26,034 nt of DNA from an uncultured Thermoplasmatales archaeon (GTDB lineage Archaea > Thermoplasmatota > Thermoplasmata > Thermoplasmatales > ARK-15), in assembly GCA_964431165.1 (NCBI GenBank), contig CAYSIM010000001.1, forward strand, positions 1-26,034. Reading direction: 5' to 3'. The position numbers and the translations under genes were made by a program. Every line of letters starts with the position of its first letter. The first letter of the stretch is position 1. Positions 8,232 through 16,136 of this stretch are shown piece after piece. The notes below the pieces were generated by a model, which saw only the letters and a list, made by a program, of their open reading frames with translations, had not been told where the DNA came from and did no database searches.

Positions 8232-10559
8232 ATGTGGAAAATCGCATATTTAATCATTGCATTGCTGCTCATCTCATTGAATTTCCATGTTACGGATACG
8301 GGAGATTCAAATAGTATTATTATTGGTTATTCTGGAAATCCTTCCAATTTAATTTCTTTTTTATCATCCATGGGCATATCCTATTTTCATCTGGGAAATT
8401 ATTATCTTCTCTATGGAAACACCTGTAATTTCTTTTTTAACATTCCTTTACAAATATCCAAAGATATATTCTTTATTAGAGAACCTGTAAAGGTCAAGCC
8501 TTTTATTGAGTATTCTTCTGACCCATACACCATAAATGATATTATTTCAGCCTATGGCATCTCCAATCTCAAGGGTAAGGGTGAAAATTTCACAGGTATT
8601 GTCCTAGTTCCATACGGGGATCCATATATTTACAGAAATTTAAATTACTTTGATTCAAGATTCGGAATAGGTAATGCCAACATTTCCGTTTATTATTTTC
8701 CCTCACCACCAAAGGATTTTCCCTCCTCATGGGTTTCTGAAACGGACCTCGATGTGGAAGTACTTCACGCCACTGCACCTGAAGCTAAAATTTTATTGTT
8801 TGTTACAAAGGATGATAACGTTTCCACACTTGAAATGGCATTGAAATATATAGTCGATAATAAACTGGGTGATGTTGTTTCAATGAGCTGGGGAGGTCCA
8901 GAACTTCAGGTTTATGATTCTTTCTTTCACGAGACCATAAAGGAAGCTGCTGAAAAGGGTATAACGTTGATAGCATCTTCTGGTGACACAGGTGATGTGT
9001 ATTATCCTGCCTCCGACCCTTATGTACTTTCAGTCGGAGGTACTTCCCTTGTTACTTCAAATGGAAAATATTCCTATGAGTATGTATGGAAGAATAGCGG
9101 TGGTGGTATTAGTTCAATTTTTAAGGAACCACTATGGCAGATTCCAGAAGTGAGGCTTGAGGGGCGGGGTGTGCCCGATTTATCGTTGGATGCGGATCCT
9201 GACACTGGTGTTTTCATATATTCCAACGGTATAGTAGGTATGGGAGGTACTAGCCTCTCTGCGCCTCTTCTTGCTGGGATGCTTTTAGATGTCGATTCCA
9301 TAAAGGGTTATTCCCTTGGTTTTATTACACCACAGCTTTACTATTTACATGAAAATTATAAAAATTATTTTCATCCAATTCTCTACAACAACACCTTTTC
9401 ATTTTCCTGGGAAGTAAAAACTGGTCTGGGAAGTCCTATTATTGATAACTGGTCCTTCCCATATTCCTATTTCGGTGCATCTGTTTTCCTTGGCAATTTC
9501 ACAAATGCCGATGTGGTTCAGTTCAGCATAAGAGGCATAAAAGAGGAGAGTTTCCATATTGATGATTCTTTTTCATTCTTTGCTCTGCTGAAAGGTAATG
9601 AAAATGTTAGTATTGGCTATAAAATACCTGAGGGAAAATTTTTCTATTCCTGGCCCAATGGGACGGTTTATTTTGGAAATGTTAATAAAGGTTTTCTCTA
9701 CAATCTAAAAATATTCATAAAAAATTCAACAATTATTTTGGATGGTGTGTCCTACAAAATGCCATTTTTCCCGGGTAATTTTTCACTTTATGCCTATTCC
9801 CTGGCAGGGGGTAATGAGAGCTATTATACCAATCTGGGTCCCGCAGAGTTCAGGAATTTCATCGTTATTTCTGGAGGTATACCAAAATATCCTGAGAAAA
9901 TCATTTCCGTGGAGAATAAAAAAAGCATTTACGGTGCAATGGAAATTCCATTCATATACAACGACTTCCTCATTGGCAAGGTAGATGGATATGCTGAAAA
10001 AAATCTCTGGCCTGGTAATTTTTCATATACAAAGGTTCATAATTTCATTCTAGGCAGAAATTCCATTCCTAATTTCCCATGGATTGTAGGAACAGGGAGA
10101 GCGAACGATCCATACATAATATCAGGTTTTGATATCTCTGGGTACGTTGCAATTCTTATAAATATATCAGGCGAAATTGTGTTCAAAAATATAAGGGTCT
10201 CTGGAATTTTTGGCATTGTGGATCACGGCAATAATTCAATATATATCATTAATTCAAGTTTTAGCAATTTACTTGGCATACAGTGCATTTCATGTAAGCT
10301 CATCATCGAGAATTCTACATTCTTTACAATTTTTTCAATATACTCTTTATTTTCTAGCATTTCCCTTGAAAAAGACACATTCTATTCCCTTGCAGGCATT
10401 TTTCCTCTTTTTGGATCTGTCTCCATGCAATCTACCTGGATAATATCACCCATTCCTTTTCTAACAAATTATTTCATTGGTGTACCTAATTATTTATTCA
10501 TATCCATTTGGTTTTTAATAATCTTTTTCATACTTATTCTCAGAAAAAAGAAAAAATAA
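8232..10559 (+). CDS. Secreted, membrane-anchored S53 (sedolisin/kumamolisin-like) peptidase with a long C-terminal extension
   Basis: Signal peptide; ETDLD (catalytic Glu/Asp); ASSGDTG (oxyanion Asp); GGTSLSAP (Ser); TGLGSP; GTGRANDPYII and beta-helix-like repeats; C-terminal TM followed by RKKKK. Confidence 0.88.
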   Translation: MWKIAYLIIALLLISLNFHVTDTGDSNSIIIGYSGNPSNLISFLSSMGISYFHLGNYYLLYGNTCNFFFNIPLQISKDIFFIREPVKVKPFIEYSSDPYTINDIISAYGISNLKGKGENFTGIVLVPYGDPYIYRNLNYFDSRFGIGNANISVYYFPSPPKDFPSSWVSETDLDVEVLHATAPEAKILLFVTKDDNVSTLEMALKYIVDNKLGDVVSMSWGGPELQVYDSFFHETIKEAAEKGITLIASSGDTGDVYYPASDPYVLSVGGTSLVTSNGKYSYEYVWKNSGGGISSIFKEPLWQIPEVRLEGRGVPDLSLDADPDTGVFIYSNGIVGMGGTSLSAPLLAGMLLDVDSIKGYSLGFITPQLYYLHENYKNYFHPILYNNTFSFSWEVKTGLGSPIIDNWSFPYSYFGASVFLGNFTNADVVQFSIRGIKEESFHIDDSFSFFALLKGNENVSIGYKIPEGKFFYSWPNGTVYFGNVNKGFLYNLKIFIKNSTIILDGVSYKMPFFPGNFSLYAYSLAGGNESYYTNLGPAEFRNFIVISGGIPKYPEKIISVENKKSIYGAMEIPFIYNDFLIGKVDGYAEKNLWPGNFSYTKVHNFILGRNSIPNFPWIVGTGRANDPYIISGFDISGYVAILINISGEIVFKNIRVSGIFGIVDHGNNSIYIINSSFSNLLGIQCISCKLIIENSTFFTIFSIYSLFSSISLEKDTFYSLAGIFPLFGSVSMQSTWIISPIPFLTNYFIGVPNYLFISIWFLIIFFILILRKKKK

Positions 10560-10613
10560 TTTGTTTTAAAATTCAAAGAAAATTGAGGAAATGTCAAATA
10601 TTGTACAAAAATC

Positions 10614-10643
10614 TTTATATATAGGATTGCATTAATATGCAAT
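10614..10643 (+). promoter_or_regulatory. TATA box followed by a 7-4-7 inverted repeat
   Basis: TTTATATA 10614-10621 with an A-rich BRE-like upstream segment; ATTGCAT-taat-ATGCAAT 10626-10643. Confidence 0.45.
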
Positions 10644-10687
10644 TGATCACGCTGATGCCCCTCCTCCCCTTTTACTTATCCTGAAAT

Positions 10688-10695
10688 TTTATATA
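10688..10695 (+). promoter_or_regulatory. TATA box of the tRNA-Tyr gene
   Basis: TTTATATA ending 23 nt before the mature tRNA 5' end, preceded by GAAA. Confidence 0.65.
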
Positions 10696-10718
10696 TCAAA
10701 TTACTATTTTCAATCTTA

Positions 10719-10813
10719 CCCGGCTTAGCTCAGTGGTAGAGCGGCGGACTGTAGTGGGAAAAAATTCCGCCGCGGACATCCGCATGTCCCCGGTTCGAAT
10801 CCGGGAGCCGGGA
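10719..10813 (+). tRNA. tRNA-Tyr(GUA) with a 23-nt intron (10755-10777) at canonical position 37/38
   Basis: Acceptor CCCGGCT/AGCCGGG with C1-G72 and discriminator A; D arm GCTC/GAGC; anticodon stem GCGGA/TCCGC; GTA at 10751-10753; T arm CCCGG-TTCGAAT-CCGGG; bulge-helix-bulge can form; CCA not encoded. Confidence 0.96.
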
Positions 10814-11230
10814 TTATTTCTGAGAGTTGTTGAATTTTTTAAAATACTCGTAGACATTTTTTGCATAATTCTTTATTTCCTTTATCTTTGGGTTTCTGGA
10901 ATATTTGTTTAAATCAATGTTTGATAGTGGTAAAAGATATTCTTCCATCAATCTTTTCCTTCTTTTCTCAAAAACATCGATGAAATTTATGTTTGCTGAA
11001 TAAAGGCTCTTCCTTCCCGTTTTTATCCTTTCTACAAGGTTATTTTCCATAAGATCCTTTATGGAAGAATAGACCATTGTAATGGAATATCCCGTCTTTT
11101 CAGCGATTTCCCGTATTGAAAGTGGTTTTTCAGAAATTGAAAGAACAGCATATACCATGCAGGATGAATCGTTGAGACCAATGTTCTTCATTAGCTTTTT
11201 AATGAGAATTATAAGCTCATCTTTAGTCAA
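10814..11230 (-). CDS. Winged-HTH transcriptional regulator (GbsR/MarR- or TrmB-like)
   Basis: VYAVLSISEKPLSIREIAEKTGYSITMVYSSIKDLMENNLVER. Start reassigned to TTG 11230, overlapping the upstream TGA (TTGA) with SD-like GGGGTGGTG; 138 aa. Confidence 0.85.
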   Translation of the reverse strand: MTKDELIILIKKLMKNIGLNDSSCMVYAVLSISEKPLSIREIAEKTGYSITMVYSSIKDLMENNLVERIKTGRKSLYSANINFIDVFEKRRKRLMEEYLLPLSNIDLNKYSRNPKIKEIKNYAKNVYEYFKKFNNSQK

Positions 11231-12618
11231 GGGACACCACCCCCCAGATCTATATTCATTACCTTCCTTGCGTAGGGTATGAGCCTCCTGAAAACAAATC
11301 CATGCGTCCTTGCAAGATCTTTTAAAAGATATATCGGTCTTACATAGAATGATACATATGCCCAGGAAAGCCATTTTAATATCTGCTCAGAAGTGAAATT
11401 CTTTAACTTAATTACAGGTGAAAGTGTTGTAAACTTTCTCCAGTTCAAGGTAAGAAGGAGATTCCTTTCAACCACATAATCCCAGAGTCTTGTACCAGGA
11501 TATGGTGTGGCTATCGTGAACTGTGCTACTGTTACCCCAACCTTCTTGGAAAAATTCACGGTAGTTTTAACATCCTTTACAGTATCATCAGGAAAACCAA
11601 TTATGAATGAACCAAGGGTATTAAGGCCCGCTTCATTGGCCTTCCTGACGGAAATTTTTGCAAGATCGAGCGTTATTCCCTTACCTATGAAATCAAGTAT
11701 CCTTTGAACTCCTGATTCTATGCCAAAATATACGGTGTGTGCACCTGCTTTTTTCATATTCCTTGCAATTTCATCGTTGAATAAATTTACCCTTGCAGAT
11801 GCTGACCATCTGATATCAAGGCCTTCTTTATTTATTCTATCTGTTAGCTCAATGGCCCTTTTCATGTTAAGGGTAAAGGTATCATCCAGGAACTCTATCT
11901 CCTTTTTGTTATACTTATACCTGAGTGTTTTTAGTTCATCAATCACCCTTTCCACTGAATGGCCACGCCATCTTTTACCAAATTGTAAAGAGGAGGAGCA
12001 GAAAATGCAGTTATAGGGGCAACCCCTGGATGTCATCACAGTTCCAAATTGCACACCGTCTATCTCATACTTCTCCATGGGAAGAAGATCCCACGAAGGT
12101 TCCGGGATAGTGTCCACATCAACTATAAGTGGTTGTGGAGGATTATCCACCACTGCATCACCTTTTCTGAATGCTATGCCCAACACATCCTTTGGATCCT
12201 TTTTACCATGAACTACATCGAGAATACCTGAGAATGAAATCTCACCTTCACCCTTCACCACATAATCAATATCCTTACTTTCCTTCAGTGTAAGCTCAGG
12301 AACGAATGTAACATGCGGGCCGCCTATCACTGTTATAATGTCCCTGGAAATTTCCTTTGCCTTCTTTGCCACCTGATATGCATCCGGTATCATGGATGTG
12401 GTGGATGTAATGGCAACAATGTCTGGAGAATAATCTTTCATTATTTTTTCCACTTCCTCGAAGGTGAGATCCTCCGCTATGGAATCAATTATCTTTGAAT
12501 CAAAACCCTTTTCCCTTGCAACAGAAGCAAGATAGGCAAGACCCAAAGGTGGGCCTGTGGTTCCAACTATGCTCTTTATTGCTGATTCAGTGGGAGGAGA
12601 AATGAAAAGAATTTTCAT
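11227..12618 (-). CDS. Cobalamin-binding radical SAM enzyme (class B methyltransferase-like); candidate GMGT methylase Gmm
   Basis: N-terminal B12-binding domain (PPLGLAYLAS, GGPHVT, GEGE), SRGCPYNCIFC, FLDDTF, GIESG, TPYPGT. Family call is strong; the Gmm assignment is inferred. Confidence 0.88.
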   Translation of the reverse strand: MKILFISPPTESAIKSIVGTTGPPLGLAYLASVAREKGFDSKIIDSIAEDLTFEEVEKIMKDYSPDIVAITSTTSMIPDAYQVAKKAKEISRDIITVIGGPHVTFVPELTLKESKDIDYVVKGEGEISFSGILDVVHGKKDPKDVLGIAFRKGDAVVDNPPQPLIVDVDTIPEPSWDLLPMEKYEIDGVQFGTVMTSRGCPYNCIFCSSSLQFGKRWRGHSVERVIDELKTLRYKYNKKEIEFLDDTFTLNMKRAIELTDRINKEGLDIRWSASARVNLFNDEIARNMKKAGAHTVYFGIESGVQRILDFIGKGITLDLAKISVRKANEAGLNTLGSFIIGFPDDTVKDVKTTVNFSKKVGVTVAQFTIATPYPGTRLWDYVVERNLLLTLNWRKFTTLSPVIKLKNFTSEQILKWLSWAYVSFYVRPIYLLKDLARTHGFVFRRLIPYARKVMNIDLGGGVP

Positions 12619-14108
12619 TTTTTACCACCAATTTCAGGTGCCAGAGCAAATTCCTTCAAAATTTCATCATAATATTTCTCATTGTATGAGCAACCAGGAT
12701 CTGGTGCAAGATAATTACCGAAGTATCCATAGGCCCTTGCCCTGCAACCACCGCAAGGGTTTCTGAAGATACAGGATTTGCAATTCTCTTCATATAGATC
12801 CCTGTTTCTAAGTTCCCTTAATACCTGTGAATTTTCCCATATCTCCTTGAACGGTTTTTCTCTAATATTTCCCACCTTTATGGGAAGGAAAACGCAGGGA
12901 CCTACATCACCATTGTCCTCAAGAGATGCATAAAGCCTTCCCGCACCGCATCCTCCTATGAACTCTGCGAGACCTACACCTGTAGAACCATAGTCCGCTG
13001 AAGCAAAGTGAGTCGGAGAATATGTTTTTCCCGTTCCTGCAAGTACCCTTTCAATTCCAATTTGTGAATATGTAGGGCTCGTTGAAAAAATATCTATTTT
13101 CTTTTCCTGCCATCTATCATAAAGATAATTCAGGAGATCCGTCCTTTCCTTGGGTGAAAGATCCTGCATTATTATTTCCTTTCCCCTGCCCGTGGGAACA
13201 AAATTGAAAACAATGAATTTCTTTACACCTAGCGATATGGCAAGGTCTATCATCTGTGGTATTTCGTCAATATTATATTTAGTTGCAGTTGTTGCTATGG
13301 CTGTGTCGAAAGCGCCGGATTGAACAACATTCTTTATGCCTTCCACTGTTCTTTCCCATGCACCCTCAACACCCCTGAACATATCGTGTGTTTTTGGCTC
13401 AGGTGCATCCAGGCTTACCTCAACATACTTTATACCTATGCTCTTCAATCTTTCAACGTTTTGTTTTGTTAGCAATGTACCGTTGGTAGCTATAGTTGTG
13501 TACATCCCTTTCCTGGATGCATATTCTGCAACTTTCCAGAAATCCGGGCTGATTAAAGGTTCACCCCCTGAAAATGATAACATTGTTACACCCGCTTCAT
13601 CAAACTGATCCACAACGCTGAACTTTTCTTCCAATGTCAATTCATCCGCATGTTTGAATGGTCCAGCATTAGCATAGCAGTGAAGGCACCTCAAATTGCA
13701 TTGCTTGGTTATATTCCACACTATGAGCAAAGGAGCTTCAAAAATCTGTGGCCTGGTGATCCCGTATTTGGCCACAGACCTCAGAGTGATTGCAACTCCC
13801 TTCCTCACAAACGGTTCCTTCAGTGCATTTTTTATTAAAGAAATATCATCTATCCCAAATGTTTTCATTGCCCTTTTAAGCGCTGCCTCAATTGTTTTTA
13901 CCTCTAATTCCTCACTAACAGAATTATATTCCTCAACACCTGCAAATATACCTAAAACATGCTCGAATTTTTTTGGAGTAATCATCCTTCTCATTATGAA
14001 TTTAGCAAACCTGTTATCCACTATCTTCTGAAATTGTGCAACAAGCTGTGTAGTATCTATCTTTCCGGTATAGGCTGTAACCACATCACCTCCTATTTTT
14101 TCATCCAT
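12615..14108 (-). CDS. Radical SAM/SPASM enzyme with a long N-terminal extension; candidate GMGT synthase Gms
   Basis: CNLRCLHC, SGGEPL, ATNG, HDMFRG; SPASM with 7 Cys (CGAG, GPC, CKSC, CGGC, PGC); ~125-aa N-terminal extension ending ALKEPFVRKGVAITLRSVAKYGITRPQ. Family call is strong; the Gms assignment is inferred. Confidence 0.88.
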   Translation of the reverse strand: MDEKIGGDVVTAYTGKIDTTQLVAQFQKIVDNRFAKFIMRRMITPKKFEHVLGIFAGVEEYNSVSEELEVKTIEAALKRAMKTFGIDDISLIKNALKEPFVRKGVAITLRSVAKYGITRPQIFEAPLLIVWNITKQCNLRCLHCYANAGPFKHADELTLEEKFSVVDQFDEAGVTMLSFSGGEPLISPDFWKVAEYASRKGMYTTIATNGTLLTKQNVERLKSIGIKYVEVSLDAPEPKTHDMFRGVEGAWERTVEGIKNVVQSGAFDTAIATTATKYNIDEIPQMIDLAISLGVKKFIVFNFVPTGRGKEIIMQDLSPKERTDLLNYLYDRWQEKKIDIFSTSPTYSQIGIERVLAGTGKTYSPTHFASADYGSTGVGLAEFIGGCGAGRLYASLEDNGDVGPCVFLPIKVGNIREKPFKEIWENSQVLRELRNRDLYEENCKSCIFRNPCGGCRARAYGYFGNYLAPDPGCSYNEKYYDEILKEFALAPEIGGKK

Positions 14109-14112
14109 GTTT

Positions 14113-14138
14113 TCACCTCCTTATCATAATTATGATAA
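14113..14138 (-). promoter_or_regulatory. Shine-Dalgarno GGAGGTGA directly preceded by a perfect 18-bp palindrome (candidate operator)
   Basis: TTATCATAATTATGATAA at 14121-14138 is its own reverse complement. The SD is the complement of TCACCTCC 14113-14120. Confidence 0.65.
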
Positions 14139-14399
14139 TTTTAATTATTTTAATTTTTTCAGTAAATTATCATTTTTTAAGTTCCATGTTCTGATATGAA
14201 TATTAAGAAATTATCCATCGATAAAAAAAATTGGACAAAAAACAAATCCCCATGCCCCAAAAATAATCGTTTATAATGAGAAAAAATAACCTGATATTAT
14301 TTTTTGGTTCAAGATAAAAATCCTATGGTAAATTAGTCATAAAAAATACAAAATTTCAATGATAATGCTCTGTAAAAATCCCTCAAAAAAAGTTTTAAG

Positions 14400-14434
14400 A
14401 AATTTATATATATATATTTATTATATATTATAAT
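14400..14434. repeat. 35-nt A/T-only tract containing a (TA)6 microsatellite
   Basis: No G or C between 14400 and 14434; TATATATATATAT at 14405-14417. Confidence 0.7.
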
Positions 14435-14747
14435 GAATATTATAAAAATTAACACCGCCCTAAAATAGACCGGATAATTTTATAAATTTGTTGATTACAT
14501 CAATTTATTCATAAGGATCACTTTGGAAAATAATTTAACATTAAAGTTTTCATTTTCAAAAAAGTATCCTCTTTTCATAAAATAAGGCATACAATTCTAT
14601 TATTGCCCTGAATTGATTAATAATGCACTTGATAAATCAAAAAGATCTTTTAAAGAGGTAATGATCCAATAAAAATATGGGGAGCGGATGATGGTAGGTA
14701 GGATTTATAAAAGGCCTGTAAAGACAGGAATTTTTATATTACCATAT

Positions 14748-14779
14748 TATTTGCAAAATCATTGCAAATATTTTATATA
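14748..14779 (+). promoter_or_regulatory. 9-5-9 inverted repeat and TATA box upstream of the ATPase gene
   Basis: TATTTGCAA-aatca-TTGCAAATA 14748-14770; TTTATATA 14772-14779 lies about 22 nt before the inferred coding start. Confidence 0.55.
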
Positions 14780-14801
14780 CTAATTTGTAATAATATTACA
14801 T

Positions 14802-16048
14802 ATTGAAAACTATAACCCTTGGTGGATTCACGAAGAAGATATTGGTTATCTACAGTGGAAAGAAGCTCAGATAAATTGGATTCCAAGTGTTGTAGAAGAG
14901 ATTTCCATGAAACCCTTTTCCCTTAATTTCATCTTTGGACCCAGACAGGTTGGAAAGACAATGGCCATAAAAATACTTATACACAATCTTTTGAAGTACC
15001 ATGATCCTAGGAAAATATTTTATTATTCCTGTGATGAACTTACGACTATCAGGAACTTGGAGAGGTTCTGGATAATTATCTTTCAGCAAGAAAAGCTTGG
15101 GGAATAAGAAATTCAATGATTTTTTTGGATGAAATAACATTTGTTAAGGAATGGTGGAGAGTCATAAAATCCAGAATAGATTCTGGAAATTTATCGGGAG
15201 ATGTTCTTACAATAACCGGTTCAGCTAGCATTGAACTCATGAAACAGAGAGAATTTTTCCCAGGAAGAAGAGGAAATGGAAAAGATCATATAATGATGCC
15301 TTTAAAATTTTCTGAATATGTCAAGATTCTTTCTAAAATTGAACCTGTCACAGGCAAAATAGAAGAAATTGATAGAAATGTAGATGCAAACAGAATGTAT
15401 TCCTCCACACTCAAAGAATTATTCACAAACTATTTGAAAATTGGCGGATTTCCTAGGGCAATTATAGACTTTTACAGATACGGAAGGGTTTCACAGGAAA
15501 CAGTGAAAACTCATTTAGACAGGATAAGAGGAGACTGGTCAAAGACTGGAAAAAGCGAGAAATATATGAAGGAAGTTCTGACTTACATAATAAAGGCATC
15601 TGGTACACCTATAAGCTGGAATGGTATATCTTCAGAGACAGGAATTAACTCCCCTCACACTGCAAGGAGTTATGTTGAGGTTTTGGAAGGTATATTTTCT
15701 GTAATTATACTTCATATGATCTCACCTCAATCGCAGGTTCTTTATAGAAAAAACCGCAAAATACATTTCACTGATCCACTCCTTTACAGAGTTTTTTCAG
15801 ATTATGTTGGGGTAAAATTTTCTGAAGACTGGCTTTTAGAGGGTGTAGCTGCAGCGCTTTTATCAAGGATGTGTCCTGTCTACTACTGGAGAAATTTTAC
15901 GGAAGTTGATATTATCTGTAAAATGGATGGTGAAAATATCGGGATTGAGATAACAAAAGGATTGAAAAAGTGGAAGAAACCATTTCATATAAAAAAGACC
16001 TATGTTTTAAATGATGATAATATTCATCTCTATATGGCTTCTATTTAA
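14802..16048 (+). pseudogene. COG1373-type AAA+ ATPase (DUF4143 C-terminus), frameshifted and lacking an ATG
   Basis: First frame: IENYNPWW...GPRQVGKT (Walker A)...YYSCDELT. Second frame from 15044: DYQELGEVLDNYLSARKAWGIRNSMIFLDEI (Walker B), TGSAS, GGFP, EVDI...IEI. One base is missing near 15042-15044. Confidence 0.88.
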
Positions 16049-16136
16049 TTTTTAAAACTCACTTTTTATTTGTTTATCCAAAAAATTTTAAAAAAATTAA
16101 TAAAGAAAAAATGGATAATTAAAAATGGTGTAGTAA

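Noticed and set aside
10643-10684. Canonical C/D box sRNA
   Set aside because: Two CUGA motifs are present, but there is no good RUGAUGA C box and the spacing does not give two 10-12-nt guides. Kept only as a generic sRNA candidate.
14680-14689. GGGAGCGGAT as an att-site copy of the tRNA-Tyr 3' end (GGGAGCCGGGAT)
   Set aside because: The match is short and gapped, and there is no integrase in the window.
11227-14800. RiPP cluster reading of the SPASM + B12 radical SAM pair
   Set aside because: No credible precursor ORF, PqqD/RRE domain, dedicated transporter or cluster peptidase was found. The short upstream frames (e.g. 27-31 aa at ATG 14578, minus strand) lack an SD and look like AT-rich noise. 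Not fully excluded without searches.
14139-14800. Replication origin (AT-rich unwinding element beside an ATPase)
   Set aside because: No ORB/mini-ORB repeats with G-strings are visible, and the adjacent ATPase is COG1373-like, not Orc1/Cdc6.
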